A stretch of 42,267 bases of DNA from Methanobacteriota archaeon (GTDB taxonomy: Archaea > Thermoplasmatota > Thermoplasmata > SG8-5), in the NCBI GenBank assembly GCA_030670795.1, contig DAOVAY010000003.1:1-42267 (forward strand). The letters are read 5' to 3'. The notes under the pieces were generated by a model. It searched no databases. It was not told where the DNA came from and saw nothing but the letters and a program-made list of their open reading frames with translations. Made by a program: the position numbers and the translations under genes. Shown in pieces: positions 9,121-16,309 of the stretch; within the stretch, counting starts at the first letter, position 1; the number at the start of each line of letters is the position of its first letter.

Positions 9121-10160
9121 TAACCCGCCCCCGCTTCGCTGGTAACCACATCTACGTGTGCTGTAGTCAACGTTAGTTTCGAAATAGAATCCGGATTTAT
9201 CCTTAAACTTACCTGCCATATCTTATCTAAGGGATTGGTGAAGTCTACTTCTTTGGATTCAATGTAATAATCATCACCGCCGGGGCCGATGGTATTCGGT
9301 CCGAAGCTCATGCCAATTGACGACAAAGTCTGGTTGAAACTGTTGTTCCAGGCCCCAGCATAACGGGTTGTATGATTGATATAAAGGTATGTTTGGGCGC
9401 CGTTAGAATCCGTGTTTGTGACATTTGTGTATGTTGTGGATGCTACAGCTCTGAGAATCGTCTGAATCCCTCTGGTTCCATAGCCCACGTATGTGTTATC
9501 ATCGCCTCTCAGGTCAACCTGCGCGTAGGCGATTTCGAAACGATTCCCTGCGGTACGCTGGACGATCAGCTGGGGATTGCTTTTCATATATTCCCCATCA
9601 GCCTGTCTCAGGATAATGGCATCGTTCTCGTATGCTAATGTTTGCGGTACAAAATACCTGTTCGGTGCTTCTAAAAGTATAGAGCCGCCCAATGTACTAC
9701 CTAGTTGTGGGGAACGGAAATCTATTATATTGGAACCCGCCGCACCGCCGACATCGAAGCTGAAACTAACATTATTGTAACTGCGATAACTGTAAACACC
9801 CAGGTATCCCGGAGTGGCAGATGCAAATATGGGTATTCCGTTTGCACCTAGCGTGACTGGAGTGTAGATAGAAACCGGTGAGCTTCCTTTGAGGGTTCCA
9901 ACCAGTATCTGCATGTCAATGGCCTGTTTCAGATTGCTGAACTGCCCGTATGCGATATTCATGTGGGATGATTCGTTTTCCTCCATCCAGACAGGGACAT
10001 ATTGATTAGTGAACATCGAAAGAAACGCAAGGAAGACCATGAGAGCCATAATTGTTCCAACTGTGGACGCCACTCCCTCATCATTCCATCTCTTATGCGG
10101 TTTAATACAATGACGATTTCCTCTGTCTCTCTTTTTCAGAAATGTAAAACGCATGACCAT
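9120..10160 (-). CDS. Large pilin-like protein (putative class III signal peptide; minor pilin/adhesin)
   Basis: Basic N-terminus, then NDEG|VASTVGTIMALMVFLAFLSMF, then YVPVWMEENESSHM as in large archaeal pilin-like proteins. First gene of the Tad-like operon. Start could be 10160 or 10154. Confidence 0.72.
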   Translation of the reverse strand: MVMRFTFLKKRDRGNRHCIKPHKRWNDEGVASTVGTIMALMVFLAFLSMFTNQYVPVWMEENESSHMNIAYGQFSNLKQAIDMQILVGTLKGSSPVSIYTPVTLGANGIPIFASATPGYLGVYSYRSYNNVSFSFDVGGAAGSNIIDFRSPQLGSTLGGSILLEAPNRYFVPQTLAYENDAIILRQADGEYMKSNPQLIVQRTAGNRFEIAYAQVDLRGDDNTYVGYGTRGIQTILRAVASTTYTNVTNTDSNGAQTYLYINHTTRYAGAWNNSFNQTLSSIGMSFGPNTIGPGGDDYYIESKEVDFTNPLDKIWQVSLRINPDSISKLTLTTAHVDVVTSEAGAG

Positions 10161-10330
10161 ATCCTCACTCAGTTAATGCCCCAATTAATGCTAAATATAT
10201 ATATATAACTGTCGCTGGTATCAAGATATTCAAAGTCGTTTACATAAGATAAAACGATATGATATACAAATAAAAAATCACAATTGCTTAGAGCCACAGT
10301 TTTATTAATTTCAAAATGAATATACTCTCA
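10161..10330. promoter_or_regulatory. AT-rich divergent promoter region (pilus operon / zinc-ribbon-TPR gene)
   Basis: ATATATATATATAA at about 10195-10208, roughly 35-45 nt upstream of the pilin start; TTTTATTAATTT at about 10299-10311, upstream of the + strand gene. Confidence 0.45.
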
Positions 10331-10336
10331 GGTAGG

Positions 10337-10981
10337 ATGAATAGTTGCGAATTGTGTGGCGCTCAAGCTGAGGACGGGCAGAAAACCTGTCCACGATGTG
10401 GCTTTGAGTTTCCGGAAGTGGTTCGGTCCGATATCAGGGACGAAAAAATACTTGAGCGATATAAAGAGAAACCTCTTGAGACTGTTAAACGAGATTTGAG
10501 AGACAAGTTATCTCAGATGATTTCATACTTCGAAAACGTAGATTTAGGACAAATGGACGTAAACGACTTAACAGCCTTTGTTGACGAAGCTCTGGCTTTC
10601 CTACATGTTCCGGTGACTTTAGGCCTTGGCGATGAGATGAACTTTAATGAACGGGAGGAGATCCTAATACTTGTTACGGTTTCAAAACTAGAGGAAGCAG
10701 ACAATATTTCAGGAAGGCCGCTGGCATCCACAAGGTCTTACATCAGACTGGCAAATGCCCTGAATTGTCTTGGAGAGTGCTCGAGGGCCATGGAGATGAT
10801 AGATAAAGCGCTTTTAAAGGAACCGAACAATATAGATGCCCTTTTTGGAAAAGCCATATTGAATTTTAATGAGAAAAAGTATGAAGAAGCAAAGCGTTAT
10901 CTCGAAAAACTGATGGCCAAGACAGAAGCCCATTCAAAGGCCTTATATCTTGCAGAGATGATAGACCAACTCTCTTCTTAA
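10337..10981 (+). CDS. Zinc-ribbon plus tetratricopeptide repeat protein
   Basis: N-terminal CELCG...CPRCG; C-terminal TPRs (LANALNCLGECSRAMEMIDKALLKEPNN; LFGKAILNFNEKKYEEAKRYLEKL). ATG at 10337 follows AGGTAGG; 10316 is an alternative start. Confidence 0.8.
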   Translation: MNSCELCGAQAEDGQKTCPRCGFEFPEVVRSDIRDEKILERYKEKPLETVKRDLRDKLSQMISYFENVDLGQMDVNDLTAFVDEALAFLHVPVTLGLGDEMNFNEREEILILVTVSKLEEADNISGRPLASTRSYIRLANALNCLGECSRAMEMIDKALLKEPNNIDALFGKAILNFNEKKYEEAKRYLEKLMAKTEAHSKALYLAEMIDQLSS

Positions 10982-10993
10982 TAAAAAATGGAA

Positions 10994-11065
10994 TTTACTG
11001 CTACACCATGCCGAACGCGGGGAATCAACCATGTTGATTCCCTTAAGCAGTAAACACGTTGGCAT
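10994..11065 (+). other. Predicted structured element: pseudoknot with an embedded 10-bp hairpin (possible ncRNA or 3' UTR structure)
   Basis: TTTACTGCT (10994-11002) pairs with AGCAGTAAA (11046-11054). ATGCCGAACG (11008-11017) pairs with CGTTGGCAT (11057-11065) with one bulge. Hairpin GGGAATCAAC-cat-GTTGATTCCC (11020-11042). The two long-range stems cross. Confidence 0.4.
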
Positions 11066-11181
11066 AAGACAATATGTGTTTCTGCCCAGGCTATTAATGG
11101 CCTGGATGAAGGCTAAGGGCAGTAAGGTAAACAAACAGGCCAGAATCTAAACGCCAGGTCCTTCAGGGTCTGGTAGTTTAC
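11066..11181 (+). mobile_element. Putative non-autonomous IS200/IS605-family miniature element (left-end-like and right-end-like hairpins, no ORF)
   Basis: Two related 20-nt hairpins: CCAGGCTATTAATGGCCTGG (11086-11105) followed by ATGAA, and CCAGGTCCTTCAGGGTCTGG (11154-11173) followed by TAGTTTAC. G-T pairs favour the + strand. GTAAAC (11127-11132) is complementary to the terminal GTTTAC. Left boundary is approximate. Confidence 0.5.
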
Positions 11182-13112
11182 ATTCTAATTTTGTAAATCC
11201 CGGTATCACATAGATGAGCTAGTGGACAGGTTTCACATTTCGGTATAATCGGTTTACAAATCTTTTGACCGTGCCTGACGAACAGCCTATTAACTTCGAG
11301 CCAGTATTTTTTAGGTGTGAAGGCTTTGAGGGCATATTCTGTATGTTCAGGCGTATCCGTTTTCACCAGGCCGATAAGGTTTGTGATTCGATGTACGTGC
11401 GTGTCAACGGCTATTGCCGGTTTCCTGAATCCATAGGCCAGAACACAGTTTGCGGTCTTTCTGCCCACGCCGGGTAATTTGATTAACTCGTCGATGTCAT
11501 CGGGAACCTTGGACTTGTATCTTTCACGGATTATCCTGGCGGTTTCGATGATCTTCTTGGCCTTTTGTTGAGGGAAACCGGCCGATTTTATCAAAGGCTC
11601 AATGTCTTTTGGTTTTGCCTTGGCAAGCTCTTCAGCGCTCCGATACTTCGCAAACAACCGTGTTGATGCCACATGCGTGTTTTCGTCCCGAGTCCTCTGT
11701 GAAAGCATGGTCGATATCAGTACGCGGAACGGGTCTCTGGCTTCTTCGTCCGGTGGCCTCTTTCCACCAGGGTCTCTTCCTGGGTATGCTCCTATCAGGT
11801 ATTCATCTCCCAGTTTCTTCATGATTTCCTTGATTCTCAGCAGTTCTAGATGTGCGGCAGCATCCGAGGCGGTGAATATGGAGCCGGAGATTATCACGGG
11901 TCTTTTCCCGGCCAACTTTAATGCCTTGTCCACGGCTTTTCCAACATCTTTCACGACCGTTATATTTGAGGGAAAGAGCGAGCCCAGTTCTTCGGCAGGC
12001 ATGCCACGGAGGTATGACGGTTCGGTTATCACAATTTCAGAAAAGCATCCCTCCAGTTCGTTCACTATTCCTTTCACGTCTTTATCCTGCAGCACGCCAA
12101 GAACGCCCACCGGCCTTTTTTTGGCAAAGTGTCGTTTCATGTATCTGGCCAATGTTCTGGCACCTCCCGGATTATGCGTTGTGTCTAAAATCACATAAGG
12201 ACCGGTTCTGATAATCTGCAAACGGGCAGGCCAGTGCGTTCGTTCAATACCCGTTCTGATGCCTTTGTTAGAAAAATTAATCCCTGATTTTTCGAGTGCT
12301 CCGACCGAAAGAACCGCCGTGCCTATATTAGAAAGTTGATGTTCGCCGGCCAGTCTTGTTCGCACGTCCGGAACATCATGTGTTTTTGTCTTGATCGAGA
12401 ACGTGCTGCCATAGATGTCCTGTTGGTGAATTTTCACGGTGACCAGTTTCTGAACGGAGAGTAACTCAGATCCCAATTCGTCACACCTTTCCTTGATGAC
12501 CTTCGTGGCGGCCTTGTCGTCAGAGCCCCAGACCGTTGGCACACCTTTCTTTACTATACCGGCTTTTTCGCCTGCTATTTTACCTATGGATTTTCCCAGA
12601 TGCTTCATGTGCTCTCTCGAGACATTTGTTATGACCGCAACCTCCGGAGTTAATACATTGGTCGAGTCCAGACGACCGCCCATACCCACCTCGACCATGG
12701 CAAAGTCTACCTTTCTCCGAGCAAAATGGCGAAATGCCATTGCGGTTGCAGTTTCGAAGAAGGTGCACTGGACATTCTCGCTGGCCAGTTCCTCAACCTT
12801 AACCTTTATACGCTGTATCTCTCTCAAGATTTCCTCCCTTGCCATGGGATAGCCGTTGATGGCAATCCTTTCACCGAACTCCGTAAGGTGGGGAGAGGTA
12901 TAGGTCCCTACTTTATAGCCGGCTGCCATCAGAATATTTGAAATGAACACACAGACCGAACCTTTTCCATTGGTACCGGCCACATGAATTGCTTTGAAAT
13001 CTTCATGAGGGTTTCCGAGGCTGCCGAGCAATGCTTTTGTGTTATCCAAGCCCAGCTTCACGCCGAAATATTGTAAATCATATAGCCAGTTGATGGCCTC
13101 TTCATAGTCCAT
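11178..13112 (-). CDS. folC-nth: Fusion protein: folylpolyglutamate/dihydrofolate synthase (FolC) plus endonuclease III (Nth)
   Basis: FolC: HVAGTNGKGS, YTSPHL, TFFE, EVGMGGRLDSTNV, IAGEKAGI, HWPARLQ, LDTTHNP, SGSIF. Nth: DPFRVLISTMLSQRT, HhH LIKLPGVGRKTAN, VDTHVHRI, 4Fe-4S motif CKPIIPKCETCPLAHLC. One uninterrupted frame. Confidence 0.9.
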   Translation of the reverse strand: MDYEEAINWLYDLQYFGVKLGLDNTKALLGSLGNPHEDFKAIHVAGTNGKGSVCVFISNILMAAGYKVGTYTSPHLTEFGERIAINGYPMAREEILREIQRIKVKVEELASENVQCTFFETATAMAFRHFARRKVDFAMVEVGMGGRLDSTNVLTPEVAVITNVSREHMKHLGKSIGKIAGEKAGIVKKGVPTVWGSDDKAATKVIKERCDELGSELLSVQKLVTVKIHQQDIYGSTFSIKTKTHDVPDVRTRLAGEHQLSNIGTAVLSVGALEKSGINFSNKGIRTGIERTHWPARLQIIRTGPYVILDTTHNPGGARTLARYMKRHFAKKRPVGVLGVLQDKDVKGIVNELEGCFSEIVITEPSYLRGMPAEELGSLFPSNITVVKDVGKAVDKALKLAGKRPVIISGSIFTASDAAAHLELLRIKEIMKKLGDEYLIGAYPGRDPGGKRPPDEEARDPFRVLISTMLSQRTRDENTHVASTRLFAKYRSAEELAKAKPKDIEPLIKSAGFPQQKAKKIIETARIIRERYKSKVPDDIDELIKLPGVGRKTANCVLAYGFRKPAIAVDTHVHRITNLIGLVKTDTPEHTEYALKAFTPKKYWLEVNRLFVRHGQKICKPIIPKCETCPLAHLCDTGIYKIRM

Positions 13113-13122
13113 ATCAAGAGCC

Positions 13123-14682
13123 TCAATGTTTGAATTCTCTTATACCGGTGAATAACATAGCCATATCGTGCTCGTTCACCGCTTTAATTACTTCTTTGTC
13201 CCGGATGGAGCCGCCCGGCTGTATAACTGCAGTAATCCCCGCCTTGGCAGCCTCGTCTATTCCGTCCCTGAATGGGAAGAAGGCGTCCGAGGCCATGGCA
13301 CTTCCCTTTGCGTTCTCCCCCGCCTTGAAGCCCGCGATTTTAACCGCATCCACACGGCTCATCTGGCCCGCGCCGATTCCGACGGTCGCGCTGCCCTTGG
13401 CGAACACTATGGAATTGGATTTGACATGTTTAATCACACGCCAGGCATAATCCATGGAAGCCAGTTCGTCCTCGGTCGGCACTCTCTTTGAGGTAACCGG
13501 TAGTTTACTTACGTCCAGATGTTTCAGGTTCCTGTCCTGGACCAGCACCCCGCCAATCACTCTCTTTAAGTCCAGGGAGCTCTCGTCAACAACACCCAGT
13601 TCACCCGTCTCCATGAGTCTGATGTTCTTCTTTTTTGTTAGAATGTCCAGGGTTCCTGGCTCATAGGACGGGGCGATGAGCACTTCCACAAATATCTTGC
13701 TTACCTGTTCGGCAATTCCAATCGGTATTGGACGGTTGACCGCGATAACGCCGCCGAAGGCGGACATTGGGTCAGCGGCCATCGCCAGTTCGTAGGCAGT
13801 CAGAATATCGTCCGCAGATGCTACGCCGCAAGGATTAGTATGTTTCACTATGGTGGCTGTTGGTTGTTCAAAATCCTTGACGAGCTCCAGTGCGTCATTG
13901 ATATCCAGTATATTGTTGAAAGAGAGTGTTTTACCATGAAGCTGCTTGGCGTTTGTTACACATTTTTCTTTCACCCCTGGCTCGTAATAAAAGGCCGAGC
14001 TCTGATGCGGGTTCTCGCCGTATCTCATATCGGCCACTTTTTCAAAATGCAGTAACAGGTCATTGGGATATATATCATCAGAAAACCGTCTTTCAAACTC
14101 GGACATTATGGCCTTGTCATAGGTGCAGGTTCTCAGAAATGCTTTGATTGCCAGTTTCTTCTTTGTTTCGAGGGATATCTCCCCTGTGGAACCCAATTCC
14201 TCGAGGACTGGTTCGTATTGATCCGATGATGTGAGTATGACAATGTTCTCGAAGTTCTTGGCAGCGCTCCTAATCAGAGCGGGACCGCCGATGTCTATGT
14301 TTTCGATAATCTCATCATCGCTGGCACCCTTATTTGAAGCTGTCAGTTCGAATGGATAGAGGTTCACGACAACCATGTCAAAAGGTTCGATTTCCTGAGC
14401 TTTGAGTTCTTCCAGATGCTCGTCAGTTCTTCTTGCCAGCACGCCTCCGTGGATGGCCGGATGTAGAGTTTTGACTCGACCGTCAAGTATCTCCGGGAAG
14501 CCGGTGAGCTCTGACACTCGTGTGATGGGCATCTGTGCCTCATGCAGCTCTTTGAACGTCCCACCAGTGGACACTATTTCAAATCCTTGCTCAACCAGCT
14601 TTTTCGCGAAGTCCACAATTCCCTTCTTGTCATAGACGCTAATCAGCACCCTTTTCTTTCCTTCTGTCAAATCTAGTCCCAA
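13123..14682 (-). CDS. purH: Bifunctional AICAR transformylase / IMP cyclohydrolase
   Basis: ISVYDKKG, STGGT, GRVKTLHP, IENIDIGGP, RYGENPHQ, KHTNPCG, GAGQMSRVDA, ASDAFFPFRDG, IQPGGSIRD. TTG start. Confidence 0.96.
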   Translation of the reverse strand: MGLDLTEGKKRVLISVYDKKGIVDFAKKLVEQGFEIVSTGGTFKELHEAQMPITRVSELTGFPEILDGRVKTLHPAIHGGVLARRTDEHLEELKAQEIEPFDMVVVNLYPFELTASNKGASDDEIIENIDIGGPALIRSAAKNFENIVILTSSDQYEPVLEELGSTGEISLETKKKLAIKAFLRTCTYDKAIMSEFERRFSDDIYPNDLLLHFEKVADMRYGENPHQSSAFYYEPGVKEKCVTNAKQLHGKTLSFNNILDINDALELVKDFEQPTATIVKHTNPCGVASADDILTAYELAMAADPMSAFGGVIAVNRPIPIGIAEQVSKIFVEVLIAPSYEPGTLDILTKKKNIRLMETGELGVVDESSLDLKRVIGGVLVQDRNLKHLDVSKLPVTSKRVPTEDELASMDYAWRVIKHVKSNSIVFAKGSATVGIGAGQMSRVDAVKIAGFKAGENAKGSAMASDAFFPFRDGIDEAAKAGITAVIQPGGSIRDKEVIKAVNEHDMAMLFTGIREFKH

Positions 14683-14784
14683 CCTGAGATAGCAATCGGT
14701 TTGATAAACGTTGTGAATGGCGTTGACATTGAACCAGATTTAAATATCCAAATCGCCTTTACCCCCTCGTGAGAGGGATATAGG

Positions 14785-16293
14785 ATGGCTCAGGATTTTC
14801 CACACCTCAGGGGAATGATCGTTTTGACTTCAACGTTCGCCGTCGGAAGCATAAGGGGTAAAAGTGCCACTAAGTTGATTTCCAGCGGGAATGACCACTA
14901 TCGCAAAGGCGAGTTGGGGGAGGCAATAAGATGTTATAACCAGGCCATACAGCTGGAACCGGAAAACTCGATTGCCTGGAACAATAAAGGATTGATACTG
15001 GCCATCGCCGGAAGGTTTGAAGAGGCGCTTGCCGCTCACTCGAAAGCGGTAGAAATTGATGTGGACTATGTTGACGCCATATCAAATATGGGAATGGCCT
15101 ATGCAAAGATGGATAAGTATGACGAAGCGTTGACATACTACAACAAGGCTCTGGAGAAGCGACCGGACCATGAAATCGCATGGAATAACAAGGGCAATCT
15201 TCTTGCGAAGATGGAAAAACATGAGGAAGCCATCAAATGCTACGAAAAGGCGCTTCAAATAAATCCCAACTACCTGGCAGCGATGAACAACAAGGCTGTG
15301 GGCCTTAATCACCTGAAAAAATTCGACGAAGCCATAACGATATTAAACAAGGTTTTAAAGGCCAGGCCAGCCTTCCCGGAAGGTTGGTATGTAAAGGGGA
15401 AAGCCTACATCGGCATGAGCGAGTTCGAGAAGGCCATAGTTTGTCTCGAGCGGGCTTATAGGCTGGATAAGGAATTTCACCAGGCCAAGAAGGCGTTGGA
15501 TGTTCTGAAAAAGAGATTGGTACAGCCGCCCGGAAAGAAGGCTGCACGCGCAAAGAAAAAGGCTCAAAAACCGAAAGACCTTGAAGAGATAAAGAAGAAG
15601 ATAGAAGCCGACATCATGGAAGTGGGTGAGGAGCTGGACGTGTTGGAGGATGAATTCCATACTGAGGAGCATCTCACAAAAGACGAGTCCACGACTTTAA
15701 AGCATCTCTCCGATGACCCGATATCTAAAACCGGGCTCAAAAAGGACCTGGGCAACCGGCTGAGCAAACCCGCCATGGAAAGGGCTCTAGAGGGCTTGGA
15801 AAGAAAAGGTCTGGTCACCTCCCAGAAATCGGGCCGCGGAATCACTTATACAAAAACAGAGGCCCTCGGCGCAATCGAGGAAGAAATCATTGAAGAGCCG
15901 ACAAAGAAAGGCGTGAAAGAAGAAAGCGCACTCGGAAACTTCCATGAATTAGTCGATGACGGCAGAAAGCTCACCGACAAAGGCAGGCACAAGGAGGCGT
16001 TATCCAAGTTCAGACGGGCCCTGATAATAAACCCGTACGGCGAGATGGCCATCTGCCTGAAAGCCCAGGCCCATTACGAGCTTGGAGATAGAGATAAGGC
16101 AATAAACACGATATCTCAGATTCTCAACAAGAACCCAACCTTTATACCTGCCTGGTTCACATTAGCGAACGTCGCGTTCAAGCACGGCGAATACCAGGAC
16201 GCGGCAGACTGTTTCAGAAAGATACTCGAAATTCAGCCTGACAACGCAGAGGCAAAGAAGGGCCTGGAGAAGTGTGAGAAGGGATCCGGGTAG
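14785..16293 (+). CDS. TPR repeat protein with an internal winged-helix-like domain
   Basis: About six N-terminal TPRs (AWNNKG...), a Lys/Glu-rich linker, a wHTH-like segment (KPAMERALEGLERKGLVTSQKSGRGITY), and about three C-terminal TPRs. TTTAAAT TATA-like box near 14739. Confidence 0.85.
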   Translation: MAQDFPHLRGMIVLTSTFAVGSIRGKSATKLISSGNDHYRKGELGEAIRCYNQAIQLEPENSIAWNNKGLILAIAGRFEEALAAHSKAVEIDVDYVDAISNMGMAYAKMDKYDEALTYYNKALEKRPDHEIAWNNKGNLLAKMEKHEEAIKCYEKALQINPNYLAAMNNKAVGLNHLKKFDEAITILNKVLKARPAFPEGWYVKGKAYIGMSEFEKAIVCLERAYRLDKEFHQAKKALDVLKKRLVQPPGKKAARAKKKAQKPKDLEEIKKKIEADIMEVGEELDVLEDEFHTEEHLTKDESTTLKHLSDDPISKTGLKKDLGNRLSKPAMERALEGLERKGLVTSQKSGRGITYTKTEALGAIEEEIIEEPTKKGVKEESALGNFHELVDDGRKLTDKGRHKEALSKFRRALIINPYGEMAICLKAQAHYELGDRDKAINTISQILNKNPTFIPAWFTLANVAFKHGEYQDAADCFRKILEIQPDNAEAKKGLEKCEKGSG

Positions 16294-16309
16294 TGCGGTA
16301 ATCTATTCC

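Noticed and set aside
3522-10160. Archaellum (fla/arl) operon
   Set aside because: No archaellin or arlCDE/F/G/H genes, and two separate TadB/TadC-like genes; this fits a pilus-type system.
10943-11134. 63-aa ORF on the minus strand
   Set aside because: It overlaps the TPR gene end, has no recognisable motif, and runs across the palindromic element, which explains the region better.
10982-11181. Known ribozyme, riboswitch, RNase P, SRP or 5S RNA
   Set aside because: No CUGAUGA/GAAA, HDV, twister, GAGGAAAGUCC or SRP/5S consensus recognised. Kept only as an unknown structure.
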